A stretch of DNA of 63,998 bases, counting the filler, from Malassezia furfur (Eukaryota): the NCBI GenBank assembly GCA_052055015.1. It is 6 parts of 6 records of this genome, joined end to end, with 100 filler letters (N's around TTAATTAATTAA, not from the genome) between each part and the next. Parts side by side here need not be neighbours in the genome. Positions count along the whole stretch, not along the records: positions 11,664 to 23,161 come from JBQJIT010000358.1; positions 23,262 to 34,687 come from JBQJIT010000359.1; 4 more parts are not named here. One strand, given 5' to 3'. Shown in pieces: positions 21,542 through 33,608 of this stretch (the stretch's first letter is position 1; each line of letters begins with the position of its first letter). Made by a program: the position numbers and the translations under genes. The notes beneath the pieces were generated by a model. It was not told the DNA's origin and searched no databases. It worked only from the letters and a program-made list of their open reading frames with translations.

Positions 21542-23131
21542 ATGCCGCGTCTGATTCTGGTCCGGCACGGCATTACAGAGTGGTCCAAGGATGGGAAGCA
21601 TACGGGCCGCACAGATATCCCGCTGCTCACAGAAGGTCTCGTGGAGGCCGAAGCATTCGGGAAACAGCTCGTCGGGCGAGGCCCGGAGGCGGTGATCGAC
21701 CTCGACGCGATGCACCGCCTGGTGCGCAGCCCGCGTCTGCGCTGCAAGCAGACCACCGATGCTGTTTTTGGCTCAGAGGAAGAGCGCAAGCAAAAGCACC
21801 TTCCTGATGTCCTGGTGGACGACGACCTGCGCGAATGGGACTACGGCGCGTACGAAGGTGTCAAGACGAAGGACATTCAGAAGACGCGCCCGGGCTGGGA
21901 CGTGTTCCGCGACGGCTGCCCCGACAGCGAGACCGACCCTAACCAGCCAGGAGAGCTGCCTGAGCAAGTCGGTGCACGCGCCGACCGCGTCTTGGCACGC
22001 GTGCGCAAGTTCCACGAGGAAAACCACAACGTGGTCCTTGTGACACACGGCCACTTCAGTCGCGTGCTCATCGCACGCTACCTGCGCCAGCCCGTTCAGT
22101 CTGGCGCCTTGTTTGACATGGAGACTACTGGCGTGGCAATCCTGGACTACGCGCATCATTCGCTGGACGAACCGGTCCTCAAAGCCATGTTCTCGCCCAA
22201 GCTCTACCCACACACGCCAAGCACGGGCCACGAAGAATTGCAATACCTCAACCTTGTTGCGAACGTTATTCGCAATGGCAACGTGCGCCAAGACCGCACC
22301 GGCACGGGCACGCGTGCGTTGTTTGCGCCGCGCTCTACGCTCAAATTTAGCTTGCGTAACAACACGCTGCCACTGCTCACCACCAAACGCGTATTTTTCC
22401 GCGGCGTGCTCGAAGAGCTTCTGTGGTTTATTTCAGGCAACACGGATGCTAACTGGCTGGCGGAGCGCAACGTGCACATCTGGGATGGTAATGGCTCTGC
22501 TGAATTCCTCGCGAGCCGCGGGCTCGGACACCGCCGTCCGGGCGACTTGGGTCCGGTATATGGTTTCCAATGGCGGCACTTCGGCGCCAAATACGTTGAT
22601 GCCGACACTGACTACACGGGACAGGGTGTCGACCAGCTGGCGCAGGTCATTCATCAAATCAAGACGAATCCCACGGACCGCCGCATTCTGCTCTCTGCAT
22701 GGAACCCACCTGACATGCCACTCATGGCCTTGCCGCCCTGTCACATTCTTTGCCAATTCTTCGTTACCCCGCCGACCCTTGAGGAGGCGGCGGCAGGGCG
22801 CAAGCCGCAGCTCTCGTGCCAGATGTACCAGCGCTCGTGCGATCTGGGCTTGGGCGTGCCCTTCAACATTGCGAGCTACGCGCTACTCACCCACCTCATT
22901 GCGCACGTCACGGGATGTGAGGCGGCCGAATTCACGCTGGCCATGGGTGACGCTCACGTGTACCTCGACCATATCGAGCCGCTGCAGCAGCAGCTGATGC
23001 GCGAGCCTCGGGCCTTCCCCACAATTCAAATTAAGCGGGACGTGAGCAACATTGACGATTTCCGAGCGGACGACTTCGAGGTCATTGGCTATCAGCCGCA
23101 CGGCAAAATTGACATGCGCATGAGCGTGTGA
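21542..23131 (+). CDS. CDC21: Fusion: histidine phosphatase (PGM family, Shb17-like) plus thymidylate synthase
   Basis: N-domain [42 protein letters not shown]-domain [55 protein letters not shown]. One intronless ORF. The symbol refers to the TS part. Confidence 0.92.
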   Translation: MPRLILVRHGITEWSKDGKHTGRTDIPLLTEGLVEAEAFGKQLVGRGPEAVIDLDAMHRLVRSPRLRCKQTTDAVFGSEEERKQKHLPDVLVDDDLREWDYGAYEGVKTKDIQKTRPGWDVFRDGCPDSETDPNQPGELPEQVGARADRVLARVRKFHEENHNVVLVTHGHFSRVLIARYLRQPVQSGALFDMETTGVAILDYAHHSLDEPVLKAMFSPKLYPHTPSTGHEELQYLNLVANVIRNGNVRQDRTGTGTRALFAPRSTLKFSLRNNTLPLLTTKRVFFRGVLEELLWFISGNTDANWLAERNVHIWDGNGSAEFLASRGLGHRRPGDLGPVYGFQWRHFGAKYVDADTDYTGQGVDQLAQVIHQIKTNPTDRRILLSAWNPPDMPLMALPPCHILCQFFVTPPTLEEAAAGRKPQLSCQMYQRSCDLGLGVPFNIASYALLTHLIAHVTGCEAAEFTLAMGDAHVYLDHIEPLQQQLMREPRAFPTIQIKRDVSNIDDFRADDFEVIGYQPHGKIDMRMSV

Positions 23132-23161
23132 TACACATAGGCATTCCCCGCATGGCATCCT

Positions 23162-23261
23162 NNNNNNNNNNNNNNNNNNNNNNNNNNNNNNNNNNNNNNN
23201 NNNNNTTAATTAATTAANNNNNNNNNNNNNNNNNNNNNNNNNNNNNNNNNNNNNNNNNNNN
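23162..23261. other. Artificial contig spacer
   Basis: N run with TTAATTAATTAA. Confidence 0.98.
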
Positions 23262-24475
23262 CACGCACGCCCGCCGCCGCGTCGGCGCGCACCGAGGACG
23301 CCGACTTGGCCCGTGCGATTGCGCTCTCCTTGCAAGACGCCGCGCCGAACGCCACACGCGACGCACCGCCGCCCACGGGCGTCACGGCGGGGCGCGTCGC
23401 CGAGGGCACCGATGAGGACGACCCCGACCTGGCCGCCGCGATCGCCGCGAGCCTGCGCGATCTGCCGCCTGAGCCGATCGCACGCGAGGCGCCGGCCGCC
23501 CTGTCGATGCACGGCTCGGCGGGGACGCCGGCGCGCAGCGTCGCGGGTGACGCGAGTCGATCGGCGCCCACGGGCGTGCCGCTGCGCCCGTCGTTGGAGC
23601 TGGACGTGCGCGATATCGACAATGTGCTCACCTTCTCCCAGACGGTGCTGCAGCCACATGCGCCGTGGAAGGCACGCATTGCGCAGCAGGGCATGCCGCG
23701 GCCCGTGCAAAACATGTACGAAAAGGCCGCGACGTCGCGCGTGCGCGTGGTACGCAACCTCGACGAGGGCACACACCGGCTGCGTGACCTGGCGGCGATG
23801 CATGATCAGCTGTCCGAGGCCGTGCGTATGTACGATCGGCTGCTCGACGCGCAAATTGGGGGGCCGCGCGGCGCCGTGCAGGATGCACCCACGCGTGTGG
23901 CCGGAGGAGCGCATGCAGGAGCGCCCTCCGCCGCGCTCTATGCGCCGTCCGCGCCTCCCGACCCATACGCCGCTGAGCCCCACGCCGCAAGGTATACCCC
24001 GTCGGTGCCGAGCGCCGCGCCCTATGCTCCCTCGGCTCCCTCGGCTCCCCCTGCTCCGTTGTATGCGCCTTCGGCGCCGGCCATGCCGCGCGCCGCGCCG
24101 TATGCTCCTTCGGCGCCGGACACGCTGTATGCTCCCACGGCGCCCCCTGCCCTCGCGGCGCTAAGCGCGCCGTCGCATACCCCCTCGGCGCCGAGCGCCC
24201 CTCTCGAGTATGGTCCGTCGGCGCCGTACGCACCCTCGGCGCCGCCCGAGACCGCGTCTGTGCCCTCGGCGCCGGCGCTGTCGATGCCGTCCGCACCGAC
24301 ACACGTCCCCAGCGCGCCGCCGAACCCCCTCGGGTCGGAGCGCGCGCATGATACCCCCCGCGCGCATGTGGAGCCCACGTCCCCCCCTGTATATGCCGGC
24401 TCCCGTGCGTCGCCGCACCCGCCGGACGCCCCCTCGCGTGCCGAGCGTGACGAACCTCTGCTGATTGATTTGTAG
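23262..24475 (+). CDS. VPS27: ESCRT-0 subunit Vps27/HRS, C-terminal part
   Basis: Two UIMs (EDADLARAIALSLQD, EDDPDLAAAIAASLRD), GAT-like helix (MHDQLSEAVRMYDRLLD), PSAP array, terminal clathrin box LLIDL. Confidence 0.85.
23938..24322 (+). repeat. Degenerate coding repeat (YA)PSAP in Vps27
   Basis: 13 P[S/T]AP motifs counted in the translation. Confidence 0.8.
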
Positions 24476-24550
24476 TGGGAAATGGGCGAATTTGTTGATA
24501 TGGTGGAGGTCCCCGGTACGCCGCTTCCCAACTTCTAGTGCATCGCGAGC

Positions 24551-26031
24551 ATGGCGCCGAACACGGTCGCAGTGGTGGGTGCAGGCCCCGTAGGATGCCT
24601 GACGGCCATCGGGTTTGCCGAGCGTGGCTACGATGTGGCGCTGTACGAGAGTCAGCCCGAGTCGGCGTTCACGAAGCAGCCCACGTCGTCGCAGCGGAGC
24701 ATCAACCTCGCCGTGTCCGTGCGCGGCATCACGGCGCTGCGTGCCGTGGGCGGTGCCGGCGACGACCAGCACCCGTCGATCGCCGACAGGGTGCTGTCCG
24801 AGGCCGTGCCGATGTCGGCGCGCATGATCCACGTGCACGACGGCGACGGCCACGTCCGCCTCGACCGGCAGCCCTACAGCACCAAGGGCGAGGTGCGTGG
24901 GAAGGCTGACGCAGTGTATCTACTCGTTTGAGCGTGCCAAGCTGAACTGGATGCTGCTCCAGCAGGCCGCCGAGCACCCCCGCGTGCAGCTCTACTTTCA
25001 GCACACGCTCGTGCATGTGCACCGTGCGCCGGACGACGACGAGGTCCAACTCGTGTTCCGTGTGCCGGACCGCATGGAGCCCGCGCGGTACGTATGCTTG
25101 GAGCTGACGCAGTGCCACCTATGCATTGGTGGCCGCGTGCGACGGTGTGCATTCGGCGGTGCGGACCAAGGTCGCGCCGCTCGCGCGCATCAACACCGTG
25201 CAAGAGTACATCGACTCGGGCTACGTCGAGCTGCGTGTGCCGCCGGGCAAGTCGGACTCGCTGTCGCCCGCGTGGCAGCTGTCCGTGTCGTGCCTGCACA
25301 TCTGGCCGCGACACGACTACATGCTGATTGCGTTGCCGAACGTCGACGGGTCGTTTACCTCGACGCTCTTTGCGCCGTTCCGCGTGTTTGCCGAGCACTG
25401 CCGCGACCGGGCGTCCGCGCTGGCCTTCTTCCGCGCCAACTTCCCCGATGCGCTCGCGGTGATGGATGCGGACGAGCTGGTCGAGCATCTCACGTCGCGC
25501 ATGCCGAGCTCGCTCGGCAGCGTGCAGTGCACGCCGATGCACGCGGGCTCCTCGGTCGTCTTGCTGGGGGATGCGGCGCACGGCATGGTGCCGTTCTACG
25601 GACAGGGCCTCAACTGCGGCCTCGAGGACGTGCGTGTCTTTTTCGAGGAGCTGGACGCCGCGCTTGCGGCGCACGGCAAGCTGCCCGACGCCCAAGGCGT
25701 GGCACTGCGCAACTACACGGCACACCGCACCGCCGATGTGCGTGCCATCCAGCTGCTCGCCCAGGAGAACTACACCGAGATGCGCAGCAAGGTCGTCCGC
25801 CGCGACTACCAGCTGCGCAAGTGGCTTGACGGCGTGCTGTCGCGCACGCTGCCCCCCGGCGCGTGGAAGAGTCTGTACGAGATGGTGACGTTTTCCAACA
25901 TGGGCTATGCGACGGCACGGTGCACCGAGCTACGGCAGCAGCGCATCCTGCGCGACACCCTCTCGGCGGTGGGCCTCACGCTTTTGTGGGGTGCGTCGTG
26001 GGCGGTGTACCGTGCGTGTCGGTCTGCGTAG
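24551..26031 (+). CDS. BNA4: Kynurenine 3-monooxygenase
   Basis: GAGPVG, RSINLA, CDG, LHIWPR, GDAAHGMVPFYGQGLNCGLED. Introns 24893-24914 (22 nt) and 25088-25112 (25 nt) join the three frames. Confidence 0.93.
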
Positions 26032-29000
26032 ACGGGGCGGCCGCGTTGCCGCCGCCGCCCAGCATGGGTACCTGCGCTAGGAGCCCCGAGGTGATGGACG
26101 CCATCGCGTCCAGCACACGGCTGCCCGTCGTCTCGCGCGGCGCTTCGTAGCGGATCTCGAAGAGCTTGGCATGGGTTTCGGTAAAGAGCCCGCTGCGTGA
26201 GTGTCGAAACGTACATGCGGAGGCCGGAGAGGAAGACGAGGCCGAATACGTAGCTTGTCAGCCACATGCTGCTCTGTGCCGTCCACACAAAGGGGTGTGC
26301 CACTGGGTAAGCATGCGCGACGTACACAGCTCGGTCGGCTGCAGCGCCACCTCGGCAGGCTTTTGCTCGCGCAGGAACGCCAAAACGCGCTCGTCGGGGT
26401 TGTTGCTGTTCGTCACTTCCGGCTGAGCACAGTATGCATTCACGCGCGGCACGAGATCGTCGAGTACGGCGCGCAGCGTGCGAATGTCCAGTGCGCGGTG
26501 CCAAGCATCGAACCACGCGGCGGTCGGCACGAACCCGTTCTTGCCGACGGTGCGGGCGATCTCCTCGAGGCCGGCGTCCGTGGGCGGCGTCAGGGGCACA
26601 GCCGTGGGCACTGTCGCCGCGGCGTCCGGAGCATCGGCCTGCGGGGCCGGCGCCTCCTCCAGCGGCTCGGGCTTGGCGGGCGCCTCCTCCGGCGGCGCTG
26701 CCTTATCCTTGGCCGGCAGCTCAGCCTGGGCGCCGGTGCTTACCGCATCGCCGAGGTCTGTGTCGAGTGGCGCTGCATCGCTGGCGCCGGGCGCCGCGTG
26801 CTCCGCGCCCAGTGGCTCGGCGACCTCGGGCGTAGCGGCGGCAGGCTCGTGGCTCGCTGCCTTGGCCTGAGTCGGGGTGTCTTCTGTGCTCTCTGCGCCG
26901 GCAGTCGGCGCCGCTTCTGCCTCGCGGGGCGCGTCGGCCGGCGCACCGTTGGCAGGCGCGGGTGCTGCAGGCGCGTCGACCGGCACCTGGGCTTCCTGCG
27001 GCGCGCTAGGGAGCGGTTTGGCCGCGCTGGCCTGTGCCTCGCCCCGTGCCCGCTCGCGCTGCTTCTGTACGTACTCGAGCGCCGCCGGGAAGGTTAGCGT
27101 CTCGAGCCGCTCAATGACCGGGGCCGAGCGCACGAGGACGTACACGACGTTGGCGTTCGTCGCGAACTGGTCGCGCACCATGCGCGTAAAGGCATCGAGC
27201 AGGATCGCGATGAGCCGCGGATGTTGCTCGCTGGCAAGCAAGAATCGTGGCGAGGCGAGCTGCTGCAGCATCTGCTCGAGCCGCGCCGCGGACGACAGGG
27301 ACAAGTTGCGCCAGAACGGAGCGGTGTTGTCGAGGATGAGCAGCAGCGCGGTGTACATTGGTGCCATGAGTCCTGCGCTGCGTGTGAGAAGCACAAACAC
27401 GCTTTCGATCAGCGCATCCATCGCGACCGAGCCCGTGAGGCGCAAGAGGCGCGTTGGCACCGTGAGGTCTGCGGCGCTCTGCAGGCTTGTCAGGTGCACA
27501 CAGAACGTGCGGTCGCTCGTGAGGTCCTGCAACACAAACAGGGCGAGCTGCGCCTGCGCCAAGGACGGCGGCGCGTCTTTGTTGGTGAGCGCGACGTACA
27601 GCAGCCAGGAGAGTATGTCGAGGCTCAACTGGCGGTTGCCCACGATGTAGTTGCGGAAGTGCGCATTGTGGCGCAGCAAAAGCCAAAGGATCACGAGGAT
27701 CTCGGAGACATGCTCCTCGCATGCCTTGACAAACAGGCTGCCCGATGCCGCGCCCAGCTCAAACGGCCCGCGCGTGTGTGTCATGGCGAGGTGGAACATC
27801 TTGGCGGTGCCGGTCGCGAGGAACGCAAAGTCGCTCACGCGGTACAGCTTGGTCATGTAAAAGAGGAACAGGTTGCGCTGCTCGGTGCCGACCAGACCGC
27901 TCGTGTCCGGCGGCTCGTAGGTGAGCAGCGCACAGAGCGTTTGGAGGCACAGCGAGGTGAGTGCGTCGCGCTGCGGGTCGGCGGCCGAGGTGAGCGGCAT
28001 CCAGTGGTCGCCCTGGCTGTAGTTTGCCACGGTGTTCAGCAGGCTGCACAAGAACGACAACACGACGGGGCGCTCGAGCGCACATGCGACGTACTCGCGC
28101 GCGTGTTGGTGCCCGGCGCGTGGCTCGTCAGGCGCCGTGTAGATCGGCTTGGAGAGCAGCGCGACGAGCAGGCGGAGCACCTCAATGCGGTGATCGAGGT
28201 GCCGCGCCGTGGTACCCTGCAAATCCACCGTGCACCCAATGCCCGACTCCCAGATGGTAAAGTGCACGCGGCTGATGTCATTGCTCGTCGTCGAGTTGAG
28301 CTGCTCGTCGGTCCACGGCATCGTGAAGCCCGAGTGAAAGAGCAGGTCGAGCAGCGTGTTGAGCAGCGCATGCCCCGTCATCACCGGCTCCCCCGCGGCG
28401 TCCGCACCCGAGCCTGGCGCCATGGCCGCGAGGGGATCCTGCGTCGACAGATCGCCCTCGTCGCCGTCGGAAATGATGAATTGGTCGCTGGCCTTCGCGT
28501 CTGTCTCCTCCGCGGGCGTCTCCTTGGTGGGCGACGGCCGCCCGCGCTCGTTGCGCAGGAACCGCGTACGCGGCAGCGGCGTCCACAGCGTGCGCTGCTC
28601 GAGGTCGTCAATGTCGCTATCCTCACGCTTGCGCGGCGTGCTTTCGTAGATCACCGGGACCACGCGCATCAACACACGACAGCAGTTGAGTGCCTCGCGC
28701 ACGCGGTTGCGCGCATCGACGGGCCGTGGGGGCGCGGTGCTCGCGAACAGTGCGCTGAAGCCGCCGGGGTTGTACGGCGGCACCGGCGCAAAGTGGGTGT
28801 CGTCCACCAGGCTCTCGAGGTGCAGCGTGAGCACCTCTACGAGCGTCACGATGTTTTCTGGTGCCTCGTCGGCGGCGCGTCGCAGCTCGGGAACGGTGAG
28901 CGTCGCGCACACTTCCTCCGCCGAATCGAACACGGTGGTGAACTGCACCCAGTACCGGTGATCCGCCGCGGCGATGTGTCGCTCGCTATACAGGCGCGGA

Positions 29001-29080
29001 ATCCCGCTTTCTTTGGAGGTCTTAAACACATGCTTGGCGGTGTCGTCGCCGAAGAGCAACCGTGCGGGGTACGCCAGCAT
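25976..29080 (-). CDS. HID1/Ecm30-family Golgi protein
   Basis: LNCCRVLMRVVP, LLFHSGFT, IWESGIG, LCSLLN. Introns 26303-26325 and 26193-26214 give the C-terminus FVWT...WLTSYVFG...GLFTETHAKLFEI; stop at 25976-25978. Confidence 0.85.
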
Positions 29081-29139
29081 CGTCGTGCACGCCGAGCGAC
29101 CGTGCGGCGGCGGCCGTTTACGTCAGCAATTCAGCTACC

Positions 29140-29556
29140 ATGGCGACGTTGGCGCGCCGTGTCGACAAGACGGATCCGCGCAATGCAGGCGCAGTGCGTC
29201 CTTTGACGATGCCTGTGGCCTGGATCAAGGACGAGAGTCTCACCTACGAGACGCTGCTGAGCGGCATTACGTAGGTGCCGAGGTGCTGACGCAGGCTGTT
29301 TGCCTCGATGTCGATCATTTCGCCCTTCCCTGACGCAACGTCCCTCGCGGTGATGCTCGGCGTTGCACAGATCATCAACATCAAGCCGCACGCGCCCATG
29401 AAGGACTCCAAGGACCTGTCGTCGAACGCGTACGCGAGCTTCCTGTACGTGCCCTACCCTAACCTTCCAGGTTCACGCTGGTGATCACTGTGTTTATCGC
29501 TATGCGCAAGGTACTTGGTCACTCCCCGTACACTAACGCAGCTCATTGTCGTGTAG
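29140..29556 (+). CDS. Small multi-TM protein, possible Asterix/WDR83OS (PAT complex) homolog
   Basis: Four exons (introns 29271-29294, 29445-29470, 29511-29541) give about 110 aa with an N-terminal DPR..AVRP and about three hydrophobic segments. Family assigned by resemblance only. Confidence 0.6.
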
Positions 29557-29722
29557 CCTATCTTCTACCCATAGCCGCTCCATTCTGCTGCGCACAGCCG
29601 GCCTCCGCGCCGCTTGCCGCGATCTTCGTGCCGGGCCCCGCAGTCTGCGCACGTGATCAACCAGGGCTGGGACGTGCGATGCAAGGCGGTCCCCGGCGAG
29701 CAGCGAATTCCTGATTGCAACG

Positions 29723-30335
29723 ATGGCCTTCACGTCGGTCCACAACCAGGAAGATCAGTCGTATCTCATCGCGTTCCGCAGCCTGCTTGGTACGTGCACA
29801 TATACTCATATACAGGTGCGCAAGTCGCTAGTGTGGCTGCGACGCCGACGTACTTTGTGCACGCCATCCGCAAAGGCTCGTTCCGTCTGCGTGGGCTTGC
29901 CCGGTACAAGTAGGTTGTGCCACTTACACAGCATCGCTGTTCCGCTGATTGGCGCCGTGATTGGTGGTGCTGGCGGCTGGATCGAGGGCTCGCAGCTCTC
30001 GCCCGCCGTGCTGGCCCGCCGCGTGAGCGACTCTCGTCTGGACGTGGCGCGCGTACGTATTCCTTCCGGTGTCTGACCTACAGGCCCGTCGTGATGACTA
30101 CCAGCTGATTGGTAGCGTTGTGGGTGCGCTGACGCTCCCTGCCCTGTTCCGTATGTGCCGTTCGCTGACCTCAGTGCGCCGTGTGGGTCTTGTTACTGGC
30201 ATGCTTGGCGGTGCTGGTCTCGGTAGTGCCGTGGGTGTGCTTACCTTCTACGGCAAGGGCTACTTGCACGAGAACAAGCCGCTGCTCCCCGCGACGGGAG
30301 AGAAGCCGATCCCTGAGCAGGACATCCCCAAGTAA
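29723..30335 (+). CDS. Hypothetical small Gly-rich membrane protein
   Basis: Five exons (introns 29790-29815, 29910-29931, 30053-30083, 30151-30174) splice into one frame with GxxxG-rich helices. Confidence 0.7.
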
Positions 30336-30483
30336 GTAGTCCGCACCCTGCGCTCCATGGTACATAGCGCTTGCTTTTCTTTTCTTGGCAACGTAAGCGA
30401 TTGGTTGAAGAGCCTATTCGTGACTACGGTACGCGGTTGAGGGCAGAGGGTCCCCCCATGCTGGGGCGCCGGTCTTGTCGAGG

Positions 30484-33400
30484 CTAGCTCTGGTCTGCCC
30501 GAGCCGAGGGGGGCGCATTCGACGCAGTCTGGCTCTCCGACGAGTCCGCCGTCCTGGGCGTCTTGGACGGCGGTGCGTCGGCCTCCTTGGCACTTGGCTC
30601 GGCCGCGCCTTTCGCCTCCTTTGCGGCCAAGGTGGGGTCGCGCGGCAGCCCATTCTCCCCTTCGTCCTTGTCGGTATCGCTGTTGCTGTCGAGGGCCCAG
30701 TCCTCTTCGTCCTCGTCGGTGGGCCCGAAGTTCTTGAGCGTGACGTGGTCGTGTTCCTCCTCTGGCTGGGCCTCTTCCGGCACGGAGGGAGCACCTGTGG
30801 TCGAGTCCACCTTTTGACCCTGCGCGTTGTTCATACCGCCGCTCATCTCGGTGTTGAGTTGTTCGCGGGTGTCCTCGGTGACCTTGGTTGCCTGGCGCTT
30901 GGGCCGCTTGTCGAGCGCCGTGCGCATGAAGTGGCGGGCGCTCTGGAGCGCCTTGCGGCTCGCGTCGAGGAACAGGAAGAATTGGAAGACGTGCACGCAG
31001 TCCTCGTAGATTTCGTGGCGCACGGGCACGCCTGCGAGCGTACACTTGTGGGCGAACAGGATGTTTTCGTCGCGCAACACCTCTGCGTCGCCCGTCTGGA
31101 TCAGGAGCGGTGGAAGTTCGTGCATATCCCCAAACAAGGGGCTGACGTATGGGTGGGTGAGGTACTTGTCAAAGTTGGGGCCCAAGTAGGCGGCGACGGG
31201 GTGCATGTGGTCGCCGTTGTTGGGCCGCGGCAGGTAGTCAAAGTCCTTGTTGGTCTCCCACGAGTCGCACGACAGCGTCAGGTCGACCCACGGGCTAAAC
31301 AGAATGGCACCGCCCGGCATGGCAAACTTGTTGTCGCGCAGGTACATCATAAGCCCAATTGCCAAACCGCCGCCCGCACTGTCAGCCGCCAGCACAATGT
31401 TGGCCGGCGGGATGTGCAGGTCGTCGGTCAGGCGGAACCACGCGGCGACGCAGTCGAGCAGAGCGCCCGGGAAGATGGAATCAGGCGCGAGGCGGTAGTT
31501 GATGCAAAACACACGGCACTCGCAGTATTTGCTCAGCGCGATGGTCAGTGGCCGGTGCGTGATGGCCGACATGACGAAGTAGGCACCGCCGTGGATATAC
31601 AAGATGACGCGCTCCTTGTCCGAGCGCTTGCCCGACTGCCACTCGCTCTGCAGTCGGCGCCACGTCTGCTTGCCGACGATCCATTCACCGGTCAGCTCGC
31701 GTTTCCCGTTCTCTTTGGCATCGTCGTCCGCCAACATCCCGGGGAGACTGCGGCGCTTTACACGGAAGGTGACCGGCGTCACCAGGCCATCCTCGGGCAC
31801 CGGCAGGAAGCGCGCAAGGTCAAACACTTTTTGCAGCAGCGGTACCGTGGTCAGGTCGGTGTGCTTGGAGATCTCGCGGATGGTCTTGGTGAGCACCGAC
31901 ATCTCGACGCCCCACGACTTCTTGGGTGGGCCGTAGATCGCGTGCGAGGCAATGATGCCGCCGATCGACAGGCCCTGGTTGAGCAGCGTCGGGACCATCT
32001 TGACGGCCTTTTGCAGCGTCGTGCTGCTATTCGGCTTTACCTCGATACTTGGGTCCACTCGCGAAAAAGACGGGCGCTTCGCGGTACGGTAGTGTTCAAG
32101 CAGCTCATTGAGCACCTCGGCGGTCTTGGTCTCCTTTTGCGGCTGCGAACCGGAGGCCGATTCGCGGATATAATGGCGCGTGTACGACAATGGCGCCCGC
32201 TGCGATTCGCCGCTCTTCGCGACCTTGCTGCCGTTCCCAGGCACAGGCCTGGATGCATCCGACGTACGAGGCGTCGGTTCTTCGCGCGCCTTGCCCTTGT
32301 CTGTGATCGACGTAGAGACGCGTTGCGAGAATCCATTCAGCTCGTCTTTGAAGTCCCGTAAAAATCGACCCATGCGCTGCTCGCTCTCGGGCGAGCAGGT
32401 CTGCCGCTGGCTGCGCACGCGCTTGACTTCCTCCATGCGCTCAATCTGGATAGCGAGGTTGTCGGTATCGTCGACTTTGGTCGACGACACCGACGTCTCC
32501 AGCGCGCGCTTGAGCGGCGGAATGTGCTCGTGTTCGGCGTGCGAAGTGCCCACCTGCGCAATCCAGGGGTGTTCGAGCGCTTCTTGCGCTGTCATGCGCT
32601 CGCTCCGATCACACAGGCATTTCCGCACAAAGTCTTTCGCCACATCGCTCTTGTCTGCCCAGTACTTTTCGTCAAACTTGTAGTCGAACGAAATGATCTT
32701 CTGAAAGAGGGTCTGCACATCGGTGGAGTAGAACGGCGTGTAGCCCGAGAGAAGCGCAAACACAATCACACCCACCGACCACACATCCACGAGCCCATTG
32801 TAGCCCACGCCCAGCAGCACTTCGGGCGCGACATATTGCGGCGAACCACACGCCGTGAGCATCATTCCCTCGTCGGGCATGATTTTGGCCAGCCCAAAGT
32901 CGGAGATGACGATCTGGGTGAGCGCGGGCCAACATACATGGTTAATACTGTCCTTTGCCATAAGAAGAATGTTTTCCGGTTTCAAGTCACGGTGCACAAT
33001 CTTATTTTGGTGGAGATACACGACCCCGCGCAGGATCTCGCGTGTGACAAATCCAGCATCGTGCTCATTGTAGCTCACGCGCTTCACGATGCTGTCAAAC
33101 AGTTCGCCACCCTCACAGAGGTCGGTGATCATGAACAGGGCTTCTTCGGTTTCAAAGACATCCCAAAGCCGGAGGCTGACAGTCAGGACACCCACGCCTC
33201 GCAACGTACATGTTAGGATGGTGCAGCTGTAACAAAATTTTGATCTCGTCGCGCGCCTGCCGTGCCGGAAGGACTTCCGCGTTCACATGGTGTCCCTGTC
33301 CGGCGCTCAGTGGTTTCCGCGCAATGATCTTCACAGCACGCCGCGTATTCGTCTCCTTGTGCACACATACACGGACGACGGCAAAGGTGCCAAAACCGAG

Positions 33401-33608
33401 GGTCTCGCTGGTCATGGTATATTTTTCCTCCAAGGCCTTGGGAGGCTCCGGCTGGCCATCGGAGGTGAGCTGCAGGGTAAGAAGGACGCATGAGGCGACA
33501 TACGTTTTGGAACCAGTGGCTGAACCACTATAATATGCTGTTAGCTATGTTCCTCGCTTCCCAAGACACCAAGGGGCGTACCTTTAATGGGTTCTCCGAC
33601 GCCGACAT
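30484..33608 (-). CDS. Fusion: CaMK1/Cmk-like Ser/Thr kinase plus HSL/GDXG-family alpha/beta hydrolase
   Basis: Kinase: LGFGTFAVV, AVK, HRDLKPEN, DFG, CGSPQYVAPE. Hydrolase: HGGAY, ADSAGG, DAEVLRDE, HVFQ. Four 5' introns (including 33176-33209 and 32914-32937); no stop between the domains. Confidence 0.85.
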
